A stretch of DNA of 47,288 nt, counting the filler, from Sphacelaria rigidula (lineage: Eukaryota), in assembly GCA_964200075.2 (NCBI GenBank). It is 2 parts of 2 records of this genome, joined end to end, with 100 filler letters (N's around TTAATTAATTAA, not from the genome) between each part and the next. Parts side by side here need not be neighbours in the genome. Positions count along the whole stretch, not along the records: positions 1 to 23,602 come from CAXNAA020000255.1; positions 23,703 to 47,288 come from CAXNAA020000256.1. One strand, 5' to 3'. Every line of letters begins with the position of its first letter. Positions within the stretch are counted from its first letter, which is position 1. The notes below the pieces were generated by a model. It made no database searches and was not told the DNA's origin. It saw only the letters and a list, made by a program, of their open reading frames with translations. Position numbers and translations under genes: made by a program. Shown piece after piece: positions 23,266 through 35,455 of the stretch.

Positions 23266-23602
23266 CTGATGATATCGCCATAATGATGCGTGATAGTGTG
23301 AACGGAGAAGCAAAATAAAATGAACCAAAACAGGGGGGAAATGAAGACAAGGAAAAAAGGAGAACAACAAATATTGCATACACCCAAAATGTGTCAATTT
23401 CAATAATGAGGGTTCATCAAGCGAAGAAGAGCTTGCGAGCTCCCGCTCAACCTTCCACGCTTCGGGCCTACTCGAGGCAACATCAGGAATAATAGTAGCG
23501 TGTACGTCGGGGGGGGGGGGGGGGGGAAATCGTATTTCACGTACGCGATGAATGGGCCTACCCCCCCGGTGGGTCGTAGAGCGCATACGCCGGAAGGTTG
23601 CT

Positions 23603-23702
23603 NNNNNNNNNNNNNNNNNNNNNNNNNNNNNNNNNNNNNNNNNNNNTTAATTAATTAANNNNNNNNNNNNNNNNNNNNNNNNNNNNNNNNNNNNNNNNNN
23701 NN
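23603..23702. other. Artificial contig linker or assembly gap (44 N + TTAATTAATTAA + 44 N)
   Basis: Exactly 100 bp, with a palindromic 12-mer that places stop codons in all six frames. Confidence 0.97.
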
Positions 23703-23704
23703 GC

Positions 23705-24215
23705 AAGCCTGGTCCGGCGAAAACCCGGCGCGCTCCGTCCCGGCTTTGTAGGGATGCGAGGTCAATGGTCTTATGACTATGGCATGCATGATCATGAGTA
23801 CACCCCCCCCGCGCCTGTGGTGAGTGGTCCGTCTCGAAAGGGATGCGTGGTCAATGGTCACACGACTAAGGCAAGCAACAAATGAGTACGCCCCCCTATG
23901 GTGAGACACTCATGAGGCAGTGTGTGAGGCGTGGCTGTCTCTGGGAGTGGCGATACCAGAAAATGAAGGAACCCATTGAAGACTGTCATCCAAATGCAAG
24001 GTAATCAGCACGCTTCGCGCCGAACAATCTCAGCAGGATGCAGCTCACCCTTCATGCGACTCACCGAACACACCACGGCGCTTCGCGCTTGGTGATCGAG
24101 TGCGAGCTTGGTCCGGCTAAAACCCGGTGTGCCCCGGCCCGGCTTTGTAGGGATACGAGGTCAATGGTCTTATGATTATGGCATGCAAGATCATGAGTCC
24201 ACCCCGCCCCCCCCC
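23705..24215 (+). repeat. Two copies of a dispersed repeat (about 23710-23900 and 24110-24215)
   Basis: Shared ggtccggc.aaaacccgg...ggctttgtagggat.cgaggtcaatggtcttatga.tatggcatgca.gatcatgagt. Related pieces lie on the - strand at about 30280-30350 and 46481-46510. Confidence 0.75.
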
Positions 24216-24774
24216 CTCCCCTCCCTCTCCTCCTCCCCTCGAAGACATGCAAAAACAAAGCTTGTTTAAAGCATGGAATCAGGCAAAGAGTGTCCACGTG
24301 TGTTGAAGCTGTCTCCGTCAGGAGTAGGAACGGTGCTCCGTGTAGAAAGGCATACGTGGTCATCACATGAAAACGCCCTGCCCCCCCCTGCCTCCCTCCC
24401 TCCTCGGATGTTTTTACAAGAATCACATGCAGTTTTGTACCGTGAAATGTCGAACGTTCCACGAGGTACACGAGTGATCAGCATGACCGCGGAGTACGTG
24501 CTGAAGCCGCCTGTCGACCTAGTAGCAGACTGCGAAACGTCTTTTCAAGACCTTCCGGCCTCACAGAGCTGGGGTTGGAGTCCCAGCTATACTCGGTTTG
24601 CCCTGTCCATGTCGGTACCAAAAGTGTAGAAATACCACTTGCCTTCCTCTGACTTCTGCATTTCCTGTGCGTGATGTTTGGGTAGGCATTGCTACTTCAA
24701 ACCAGGAAGCCCATTTCACAAGCAATCGCTAACGGCGCCAGCGTACTTTTTTCACACTCGCGTCACACAAATAG

Positions 24775-24792
24775 CCCTAACCCTAACCCTAA
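24775..24792. repeat. Short interstitial telomere-like repeat (CCCTAA)3
   Basis: ccctaaccctaaccctaa. Confidence 0.7.
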
Positions 24793-25499
24793 TCCTCCCC
24801 GATTCATCGTCAGGCGGTACCACTTGCACTGCTGCTACGGATACCGGTACGTGTAGCTGATGGCAACAATGCACATGCTTACACGTCACCCTACCATCTT
24901 CTATAAGGGCAGCATGCACGCGCAGGTGTCGACGACGGGTCAATTTTGGGTGAGAATTTTCAACAGTAGCGAAACTCAATGCGAAACAGAACATTCTAAT
25001 CAGGGACAAATTGAAAGCCGCCTGACATCATCAGGTCACCGATGCTCTCTGCCACAAGGTTCTGAAGTTCTCGCTGGGGCCATACCTCATGCCACGTTCG
25101 TATTACCGAAAGGTGGGCTACAATTCACAGTGACGGTTGTCAGGGTGTGTTTGACTCGGTGGCACGGCATCACACCGACCGTATCAAGATGCTGGAGTAG
25201 ATCTGAAGCCGTCGGGACTGTCTTGTGACTGGCAGCATCTGAAACGCGAGTATTCGTCGTCGCCACGGCTAAAGTCTTGTAGGACACCTTGAACGTACCT
25301 TGATTGTCGACCCGCGGCTGATGGTGAACGGCGTCTTGTTTCTAAGATCGACGACAGCTCCTCTCTACCTACCATCTACGATGTATCTGATGACGAGTTG
25401 GCGACCACCGTTATACAGGAATAGGTCTTCAAGTCCGAGTGTCATTCGTTGTTCCTTATAGGGGTTTGACCACTACACCAAGTTGTCAGCGACAAATGG

Positions 25500-26300
25500 A
25501 GTGTCTTTGAGCTCGAAGGTCCCTCGACCCGTTCCTCCGGGTTGCCCCTCGCCAACGCTGCTGCTGACAAGATCCAGTGCCTAACATCTCTCCACCACTA
25601 TGGGACAAAGTTGCCCTCGCCTATTTTCTACTACTGGAAAAAGTAGTCGGGTCGACAATCGAACTCGGTACTTCTTTTGTTTGTCGGAGGGATTTCACCA
25701 CTGGACCAAGTAGTCAGCGCTGGCTACTTGGTCCAGTGGTGAAATCCCTTCAACGAACAAAAGAAGTGATTTTGACCTCGAAAGCCCCTCGACGCGTTCC
25801 TCCGGGTTGCCCCTCGCCAACGCTGCAGCTGACAGGATCGAGTGCCTCTAACATCTTTCCACGGCAATAGGAAATAGTTTTGCTCGACAATGGGGAAGAG
25901 TGGACTCACCAAGAATCGAAGTCGGGTCCATTTTTACGGAAGAGGGGTCTTCCACCACTAGAGCAAGGAGTCAGCGAGACCAAGGAGTCCGCGCTGATTA
26001 CTTGGTCTGGTAGCGGACAGCCCCTCTTCCGTGAAAACGGACCCGACTTCGGTTCTCGGTGAGTCCACTCTTTTCCATTGTCGGAGAAAGATCTTCCCCA
26101 CTGTCGCGGAAAGGCGTCAGGGGCACTGGATCTTGTCAGCTGCAGCGTTGACGGGGGACAACCCGAAGGAATGCGTCAAGGGTGCGTTCGAGGCCAAAAA
26201 TCCTTTTTTTTCGCACTGTTTGTGTGGGGGATTTCACCTTTAGACCAAGTAGTCAGCGCGGACTGCTTGATCTAATGGTGAAATCCCCCAAGCGAACATT
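25500..26300. repeat. Modular palindromic repeat element
   Basis: Near-perfect 62-bp palindrome at 25688-25749, with related hairpins at about 25944-26030 and 26226-26289. A module of about 90 bp is repeated directly (25508-25600, 25772-25865) and inverted (about 26085-26197). Confidence 0.8.
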
Positions 26301-29300
26301 CCGACCGGCGTGCTGGAGAGTGGACTTGTTCGTGGAAGAGATCTCAGCTACTGAGTTCGTTTGGAGTCTCAGCACCCAGGGGAAGCCGCGAGGAGGCGTC
26401 TCTCATATTCCCCCGCCCTAAATCTACTGGCCTTCAGCATCTATGCCTGCTCTATCCTATGTTGCCCCGGACTACGAGGTGGCAAAGTCGTTTATTCTCG
26501 CAATCTTTGGGGTGCCACCATGCGATAAAAGTTAGTCGCGAATTTCACGCGCTCCGGGGGCTTCTCTTTTCACGTAACCAGCAATACATTTGATGTCATG
26601 ACTCTATCTCCTACCTCTCTATGAGTATACATATGTTTCCCGGAATGCCTTCTACTTTACAGTTGACAGGAAAACACATATTTCAAGTGCAAATCCACGT
26701 CTCCATATATTATTTTCGTCCGTATTTCGTCTCTCTTCTCCATGTCTCTCGATCGAGTTCTACCGCTGTCTCGAAAACCGTCTACATCGCGAACATTTCA
26801 ACTGCTGCATCGCTATTCACATCTCTCGAGCTCCGTCCATCTACCTAACTACCTTTGTCGATATTTGCTACCACTGCCGCCTCTCAATATATGGCCGCGT
26901 CCACCGCCACCGATACATATCTCCATGCTCAACCACAGTCATCTCTACCTCTACCTCTACCTCTACTTTATTTTTATTGCTAGCTATCGCAAAAGCCGGT
27001 AAGTACACCGAAAATGTCTATCGTACCCCTGAAAGGTCAAGCCGCCCAAGCGCCGGTCGCACCCCAGCGAGACAGACAGACCCAACCGCTTCCGCCCGTT
27101 ATCATCAACAGGTCGCCGGGTGAGCCAGAAGCATTCGTTCGGAGAGGGCTTCGTCGCACTATCATTCTGGGGAGGCTACCTTACTACGTACGCACCGTGA
27201 AGAACGTATCTACGACCAGGTATACCCCAGGTTTCCTGTCTACGAATCTATCTATCCGCCGCCCATCCCACTACCTACACGCGCAATTGCTGTTGCGTTG
27301 GTTTACCAGTCTCGCCCGCCTGTTCGGAGAGTCCAACGCCACCTGCAAGCCCCTCGCCGCATCCACTCCTGAAGCGAAAGAAAGGCGACACAATCATAGG
27401 AACGTTTTGGGTGTTGCCAGATGGCTGCGGGTTCATCATGTCGGTGTTTTGATGTGAGGCGAGGGCAACAGAGGCCACACCGGCGAATCATCGACTCTTG
27501 AACTCAGCTGCTCCTTGAAGTTCGGAACGACGGGAAGTGGAGCGAAGGGGAGAGCGCAATTGGCACTTGGGCTGGCAGTAGTCTCTGTACCGCTCTTGTG
27601 CACACTACTGGTGCTCTATTCGACCACAAGCTTCCGTACCATGCACTTCGCCTGTGTACCGCAACCACAGGTGACCAATGTGACGCACTCGTCACGAGTC
27701 GACGGTGTGGCGTATTTTTGCTTACATTTTTGCATTCCACGTCACGATCAGGATCTAGACTACGAAACGATGTCGCGAGACACGGCGGGCCGAGGAGCAT
27801 CGAACTAGACGTCAGCATGCCGTCGAACTGCGAAATCTCGACACTCCGTACACCTCATTTCCTCGCCCAAGACGGCAGTGCGGCCGTGACAAGAGGCACT
27901 GGTGGCACGAGGATGGAACTGCGAATGCACTGTGCGTGCAGGGGACGCGATTCCTCTTGCAATGCGCCTTTAGGTCCTTCCTCGTTCTTACATTTCGTTT
28001 TCCTTGCCATTGAAGCGGCTGTTGTGCGAGTAGAGTGGTGTTCTCGCGTGCACTCTCACACACCTCGCGTGCAGAGTGAAGCGTTTCACCCGTACATCTC
28101 GTGCAATATCGATACATTCTCGACGGACGATACTTGCAAGTTGTGCCACATCGTTCCTCACGTTGTGGACAAATCGCGATGTGATGTCGACCATGTTTGA
28201 TTCTCAGTTTGCGCCCGTGCTCGTATCAGCCCTCATGCCCTAGCGGGGAAGTTAGCCTTGAGCATTTGCACCAACCAGTACTCGACGCCCCAATGTTGAA
28301 CAATTGAACACGCAGAACTCTTGAACTAGGATTTTCAGGGTGAAAGCGTGGGTAGGTGACCAGGGCGGTCATCATGCACCCCAGCTTTGCACGCAACTCT
28401 CAACTCAGGTGGTGTGTGTGTGCGGCGGGGGAAGAAGGTGGTGGTGGTGGTGTGTATGTGGGGCGGGTATGCTGAACTCCGGAAACACGTTTCTGTGCCC
28501 GCCCAGTGCCCCGATATCAAATCTGACGATGCAATTGAAGGCCGACCGGTAGGGATATATAGGGTAATAGAGCACGCGACGTGCTGCCGTGTCCGACAGT
28601 ATGTAGTGGCATTGTGTGTGCAGCTCGCTGACGTTGCGCACAGAACTACGCGCCAATATTTTCTGTTGCGTAGTGATAATTCACTATTCTCGTACCGGAG
28701 CTACTGATGCCACGCTTGGTACGAACTACCAGCTGCACTGCACTGACGGTGCGGAGCTTACCATATTTGAGTACTGTACGCGGGGGGTGAGTGTTTCCTG
28801 CCCGGGTGCTTCGCCGGAGAATATTGCTCGGAGACACATATTCCACACGAACGCGCAGGAGAATCGCATTCTGCGTAAAGTCGGATTGACAGCACTTGCA
28901 GCTCACCTGGCCGTTGCACTTCTGGGGTGCTAGGCAGTAGCTGGATGATGCGGTTCTTTTCTTGAAGGCGAGCGAGAAACGTCAGAACATTCACGAACGG
29001 GAGTGCTTAGATCTCACCACACAAAGCGTACCGATGAGGTTACCGGGGAACGCCTGGCCACCATCCCTTACAGCCCGCCGAGCACATCCCCGGAGGATTC
29101 GGATCATTCGCTGTACGTTAGTGGATCACTCTACAGCATATTGTGAACAAACACTCTACCATGTCGAGCAAGGTTTTGCTCCTGTTCCTGCACTCTACTG
29201 AACATGCCAAGGTTGGTGGACAAGTGAAGAGCAGCTACAATTCTTATGCCATCAACCTCGGGTTCTCGTGCCTTGGTTTGAAGGCCACCTCGGCCAGCGG

Positions 29301-29934
29301 GCCGTGACAAATGAACCCGTGCCCTCAAGTGTGTGTGTGTGTGCGTATGTGTGTTGGTGTTGTTGGTGTTGTTGGTGTTGTTGCGTCACGAGCACTAGAG
29401 TTCGCACGGCGTAGGTGTGATGTTGCGTGCAGCCTTCTTCGGCATTTTCTAGGCGCACCATTCGGCCGATTAATTAAACCGCCATAGTCCCGGGTATGTT
29501 CAGATTCGCCTTCTCCAGGGCTCATGTCAGAACTGGTATTCGGAAATTGATCATTCGATGTGGCAGTCAACTCTCGCGGCATCACTGCGGTTCACGGTGT
29601 TTGGTACCTGTACGGTGCCGGTACGTACGGTGCGGTGTTTCGCCGGCCTTCCGCTCTTCGGAGCTTTCCAGGAGGCAATCTTCCGGCGGAATATGGAACT
29701 TGACCGCGGTTTCACACAAATTTGCATTACCCAGCACCGTGCCGTATCATGGTACTTCAAAATCATGACTCTATCCCCGTGGAATGCTGTACCGCGATTC
29801 GCTCGTACCATACCGTACGTATCGCAAATCACCTCTGTGCCGTGGCGTACGTACCGTGAACTGCCAAAACCAGACTTCAAAGAAATCTTCTCGTTCCTGA
29901 AGCGACTGTCTCCGTCGTCTTTCATCTCACATAT

Positions 29935-30000
29935 GTCTGTCATGTGACCACGGCTGGATCTCTGGGGGATCGGCGAATATGCGGCAATAAAAACAGAATA
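29935..30000 (+). mobile_element. Truncated LINE 3' end
   Basis: gtctgtcatgtgaccacggctggatctctggggg matches the LINE tail at 40790-40838 (- strand) and the copy at 20170-20235. Confidence 0.6.
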
Positions 30001-30399
30001 TCAGGCGTGGGACTCCGCTTTAGTTATGAGGTGTGGATCACGGGAAGGCGTGGCGTCCTCACGATGTCCCGGACAGGATCTTGAATCCTCCGCGTACGTT
30101 GTTTCTACTGTTGCTTTTTGCTTTCAACAGCTGTTGCGGTCGGTACAACTTAAAGACGTTAACGAAAATTCAACAGAGATATCCATACTCGCGGTCGAGG
30201 GGATCGACCGGTGCTTCCGTGTATATTCTGGCGGCTCGTAAAGCTGCAGTATTCGGTTTCATTTAGGTCGAACGCTGAAGGGGGGGTGCGTACTGCTTCG
30301 TTGCTTGCCTTAGTCGTTTGACCATTGACCACGCATCGCTTTCGAGACAGAGCTCTGACGCTGAGGGGGGAAAGTGACCTAGCAATCAAAAACAGAGGT

Positions 30400-31480
30400 G
30401 TTATCGTCTAGTTTGGGAGTCGAGAGAGGAGAGAGCTACCTAGATGTTCCACCAGCCAGCAGAGGGCGCTCGAAATCGCGTTCAAAAGCGCCCTTCATTA
30501 TGTGCGGCTTTGTTCTGTCCTACGTTCAAAACGAAGGCCGGATGAAAGGACGTTATGCCTTGTTTCTTTGAGATAACGAGCCACATCCAAGTAAATGACC
30601 TGTACAGCACCCATCGACAATCCGATGACCCCTCAGCCTCTGTGGCCGAGGCTTCCCTCGCTCATCAATAGCTACCTGTGGGTAGGGTGGCGGCGCTCGG
30701 CTTCAACTGCATCACGAGTTGTGGACGCAGAAGATACGTATTCGACTCACTGAAGACTCACACGCCGACTAAATGAACACCGCAGGGTCTGATATTTGAC
30801 ATTTGATGTGGTGATGGTGGGAAAAGAGTCTATCATGACTCTAGTTTTCAGCGTCACCAGAAAAGTAACTTTGGTGCTTTGGAAATCGTGTTCACCACTT
30901 CTGTCGCCTGATGAAGTACTTGAAATGTGGCACGTTTGCATTTTGTGTGTTTCACAGCATAAGTATCGTGTAAATTCACTTTCTACGACAGCCCCCCCCC
31001 CCCCCAAACAAAAATGCCCGGTTTGGGGAGTCAACATCTTCACGTAAATTGAAGTGGAAAAGGCCGACCACAACGAGCAGCTGGGAATTCCCACGCTTGG
31101 GTTCGCTCTCGCCAATGCCGCCCACATGAGGCGCTTCTTGCAGGCTGAACCCAAGCATCAGGCGCTGTATGACCATGTTTTTCATGACACTTTTGGGCTG
31201 GTTTTGGGGGGTCTATCGTAGAAAGTGTCTAAATCGGCTCGAAACCACTCCTTCAGATTCCGAGCCATGGATTTCCTGCAGTTTGGATCCAACGGAGGAC
31301 TATTCAGTCAACGCACCTTGAACACGGTCGAAAACTTTACTCCTGGGACCAATGTGCCGTGTCTGTTGTGCAATCTGATTGTATCGGGCCAAGTTGTAGA
31401 GCTCCGTACAATGTCCATGGTGTTCATGTCTAAAGAAAGGTGCCGAATTCGTCAATCGGCCGATTTTGAAAACATTGCTG
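30400..31480 (-). mobile_element. Degenerate Ty1/copia RT remnant
   Basis: Minus-strand traces occur in RT order: LVPGVKFSTVF (like QxPGVDFxETF), FRADLDTFYDRPP (like AFLxADLxExxY), VIQRLMLGFSLQEAP (like VxRLxKSLYGLKQAP) and VIGLSMGAVQVIYLDV (like IGSLMY..TRxDI). Decayed. Confidence 0.5.
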
Positions 31481-32049
31481 TAACTCTGCCGGATGTCGTC
31501 GGCATCGACGAACTATACACGTATCTTATTCTCAACACTGGGGGCTTCAACCGCTGTTCGGGGCGCATCGGCTGTATACTCTGTCATTCAGGCCCACTGC
31601 TGTACTGTAGAGATTGGAAGACGGTCGAGGATCTAACTTGAAGCCACAGTCTACCCTTGCACGAATATGCTACCACTCTCTATACATTTTCATATCCGCA
31701 TTTTTTTCTGTTCAGTCTCAGTTTCGTATTTCCTACTTCGGTTACGTTGCATTCTTTCACATGTTTCCGTTGTACCCTCGTTTCGCTGCAACAGCCGGTG
31801 CGCTCACTTGCGTTCACTTGCGCTCTCTGCTGTCTTGTGCAGCAGGAAATCGCTGTAACGGTTATCATTTGTTTTGCAATTTCATTTTTGGATTACAGCG
31901 GAATGAGTGCCACAAGCCCCTGGTTACGATATCGGTCACCGTCCATCTCTTCGTACGAAATGCACGTCAAGAATAGGCTGAGGAAGGGATCGAACTCTGA
32001 AAACGAGAAGGAATGCCTCCACGACCCACATATGTAGCGACATACCGTG

Positions 32050-32400
32050 CGCACGCTCCCGTCAGGCTGGGCAGAAAATCCCCTTCCTTTGCAAGGAAGG
32101 TCCACCCAATCTGACGGGAAATTCCCGTGAAAAATGTCGAGGAGTTTCCCGTGAGGACGGGACGGCACGAAAGTGTGCTTCCGTCGCCGAAACACCAACG
32201 GGCGGGATAGGAATGTCTTCCCGTCGCCAAAGCAATGACGAGACAGGACGGGAACGTTCATTGTCGCGTCAGAATGGGACGGGACCGTTCTCCCGCTGCC
32301 AAAACGGCGGCAGGACGGGACGGGAAGGGAACGCGTCCCCATTTCTGCCCCGTCCTGTTCCGTGCGAATTCCGGCGAGATACCCCGTGAGGAGCCCAGAG
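32050..32400. repeat. MITE-like fragment with reiterated GACGGGA/TCCCGT motifs
   Basis: Many gacggga and tcccgt motifs in both orientations, typical of subterminal transposase-binding repeats. No TIR pair was resolved. Confidence 0.55.
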
Positions 32401-32921
32401 GGCAACTACTGGCACACATGACTTGCAGAACATCAAGGTTGCCCAGCCAACGACGTTCACAACCAGCGGTGGTCACATGAAGAACAGTGGTCACATGAAG
32501 AACAAACGAATAGACACTCTTCAATAATGAAAGCAACAACATGCAGCGAAACAGAACGCTTGACACTACTGGTTGCAGGACGCTCGGACCCTCATCGTGC
32601 CCGTCGACATGACGCCATGTTTATCGCTGAGCCACGTCCCAGCACATATTGGTGCCCATCCGTGACATCTGTGTCTGCAGTAGGACGACATATTTAGCTC
32701 ATGGCACGTAACGAACGGTACGAGTTATCGACGGCAATTGCGGCACGAGATCAGAGGACCGTGGTAAGCAATGCTACGATAGGGGTTGCACTTATTGTTT
32801 CTGGGTCTCGTTTTTGTAGGAGCCCAAATATACGGGGCTTACTTACTGTGCAACCCCAATTTCCGTGGACAGGACATGGAGATGCACACAGGGGCCATTT
32901 TCGTGAATCGGCATCATTTTC

Positions 32922-33614
32922 TAGGGTTAGGTACTGGCGCGCAGCGCCAGTACACCAGTACTCTACCAGTACTTTCTGTACGCGGCGAAGCCGCGACCAC
33001 CGGCCCCCCCCCGGCTGGCGAGGGGGCGCCGCCGGAGGCGCTTTTTTACGCGATTTGGCTTCACTAGAGCAAAAAAAATACGTTGGTTTTGGCTATGGTA
33101 ATTCACCAACAAACCGTGCCGAGAGAGTCGATTTTCTTTTAATTTTGGCTGAGAAACAAACACGATGTACACACGTTGCATTTTTCTATCAGCACTTCAC
33201 GTATTGAGGGTTGAGAGTGTGTGTCTGAGAGTCGCCGGAAAAAAACCAACAGCAAGGCAGCAAGGCAGGATTGAATCGTAGGATCGTAAAATGTCGGCGT
33301 CTCAATCTAGAATCCAATTCAAAAATGAAAACTAAATGAACGGCAGTTAGTTAGTGGTGCCCCCGCGTCAACACCCCTTGCTGACAAACCTATGATAAAC
33401 AGCAACCACCACCAGCAGAATTAACAAACGGGTAAAGTAGAAAACACAAGAAAGCACGCTGAATAAGGACGCGATCTTAGAAGAGTTCTGCGTGCCATCG
33501 CGGACGTACGTAAGCCAAAATGGACTGGCGGTACTGGCGGCTCCAAAACCAGTACCAGTACACTGCCAGTACCAGTAGTACTACCAGTAGGTACTGGTCC
33601 AGTACCCAACCCTA
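32922..33614. mobile_element. hAT-type MITE (693 bp) nested in a small hairpin element
   Basis: TIRs TAGGGTTAGGTACTGG and CCAGTACCCAACCCTA, perfect 8-bp TSD TCATTTTC (32914-32921, 33615-33622), and subterminal CCAGTA repeats. Confidence 0.92.
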
Positions 33615-33699
33615 TCATTTTCAGTCTTTTCCAAATGAAAATGATGCCGATTCTCAAAATGATCCGTGCAACACCCCGAGAAACATTTTCGCTCAAAAA

Positions 33700-34520
33700 G
33701 TGCAGCCCTACCGTAGCATCACGGTACGTGGTATGGCATTCCACGGTGATGGAAAGATAATTTTGCGCTACCGTGGAACGGGACGGTGCTGCAACTTGCA
33801 AACTCGTGCGGAACTGCTGTTAACCCTTTTGGGCCCCTCCCCGGGTTCGTACTTCATGCATGTGTTGTTGACATGGCCTTTTTGTATTTCCGGGTGGTGC
33901 TATGTCAATCACACAAGCAGAGGGAGGAGCGATCAAGCGGCAAGCGACCTAAACGCGGGGGATTTGTTTGTTGTTCAAGCAGGTGAAGCGTGCCCCGGGG
34001 GAAACATGCCCCGATCCAATAACCGAGTAACTCTGCCGAGGGAGACAACAAGACATAGACGTGGTGTTCAGACGACCTGGGTCCTTCCAGGGTCAAGATT
34101 TGGTCAGAACACACTTCAAATTTCGGTGTGCCCGTTCATCATTTGGGTCTGGAGTAAGAAAAACACTGTAAACCTCCCCGCCAAACGGGCCACTCCTGAG
34201 TACAAACAACTCATCCTATTTACCCACAGCAACACGCAGCTGAGGGATCAGGTGAACCGAGCGTACGCGACGGCTGCGCAATGCGCAGCAGCTGCGGGGA
34301 CTGCCACTCCTGCTCACCCGCCCTCCAGCCACGGCTGGCAGCCGCGAAATAGGGGTCGCAAGCTGCTTGTGACTACTGCACACGAACTGGTGTGCATGTG
34401 ACTTCGGCTGGCACACCTCTCGGCATATGTACTCCGGTGTATTCTGGTGTAGTGTACCGTGATGTACCGCATCGTATCGTGCCGTACTGTACTGTACTAT
34501 CTGTATATTTTATGTACGCT
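33700..34520 (+). mobile_element. Unclassified dispersed element of about 800 bp with a (CTGTA)n-like tail, copy A
   Basis: Colinear with 45350-46190 (cgtggtatggcattcc, gagcgatcaagcggc, cacgcagctgag.gat.aggtgaaccgagcg). A partial inverted copy lies at about 29600-29830. Confidence 0.8.
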
Positions 34521-34616
34521 ACTTCGGTCATCAACCCCCAAGACATGTCATTGCTGCCCTGACTTCGAGCTGGGAGACACGTCGGTCGGTGACGGGGTTA
34601 GGTGCAGATGGGCATA

Positions 34617-35167
34617 CAGTAGTGGGCGGTCTCACTATTCAGTTCGAGGCATTTGGTGATTTATTCGTAATTGGCTCTTTTCTTGGACTCTTTTCGCTTG
34701 CCACCGCTTATCACATTGGGAATCTGAAGATATTTGTATCCGCTCCACATTCCAAGGAAAAAAAATCATTCGTACTCAATATTGAGCGACTTACGGGCTG
34801 ACCGGCCATCGGGGGTCCTGCGGCGATTCAGCCCAGATTCTTACTCTTCGGAATTTTTGGTCGATCGAGCCTGTCCCGACCATATTTTAAAAAAAAGTGT
34901 ACCGTTTTACTTTTTTGAAATTCTGCCTACTCATTGCACTAGAGCCAAAACACTGTGTTCCACGGTCAATAACACCATCCTGATGAGCGGGGTATTTCCT
35001 CGTTTCGCCCGATAACACCAACGAGCACTGACTCGGGCACTGTGTTTCAAGGATCATCTGTTCGTTGTACCAAAATCTACCGACGCTAGCAATTTCGAGT
35101 TCTACCGAAGAGTAGGACGCGAGGAAAACCCCCAAACCCCGCTGAATAGTTAGACCGCCCACTACTG
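34617..35167. mobile_element. Tc1/mariner-type MITE (CAGTAGT family), 551 bp
   Basis: 26-bp TIRs CAGTAGTGGGCGGTCT(C/A)ACTATTCAG flanked by TA. The internal acggtcaataacaccatcctgatgagcggggta matches the reverse complement of the 1951-2853 internal repeat. Confidence 0.9.
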
Positions 35168-35455
35168 TAACTACTCTACTGTGCGGTGCCGTGCGATGCT
35201 GTGCTGCGCTGCACTGATCACTGCTTTTCCACTACCGCAGTACTGACTCCGTCCGGTGAGGAACGCGTGACATGAAATCACGCTTTTGGGACCTCTGACC
35301 GCGCATGGTTGATTTCGATCGCTATTTGCGTCACTCTCTGCACCAAGGACCAGCTAGCAGAATGCGCGTCCGGTCGCGCAGGAGGGTGGGGTCCGGAAGG
35401 GTCGAGTTCCGCATACCGCGGTAAACATTTCGAGGAATACTCCGCGTTTTATTAA

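Noticed and set aside
23266..23586. N-terminal part of the 444-aa ORF 22252-23586
   Set aside because: It reads through a pyrimidine-rich intron end (FSFFPCLHFPPVLVHFILL) upstream of the acceptor at 23265, so the apparent hydrophobic segment is an artefact.
23647..23658. TTAATTAATTAA as a biological palindrome or piggyBac target
   Set aside because: It is centred in 88 Ns and is a standard contig-joining linker.
24775..24792. Chromosome end or fusion site
   Set aside because: Only three units in an internal position, too short to support that.
33520..34401. 293-aa ORF as a host gene
   Set aside because: It spans the ends of two unrelated repeats, and the frame is broken in the homologous copy at 45350-46190.
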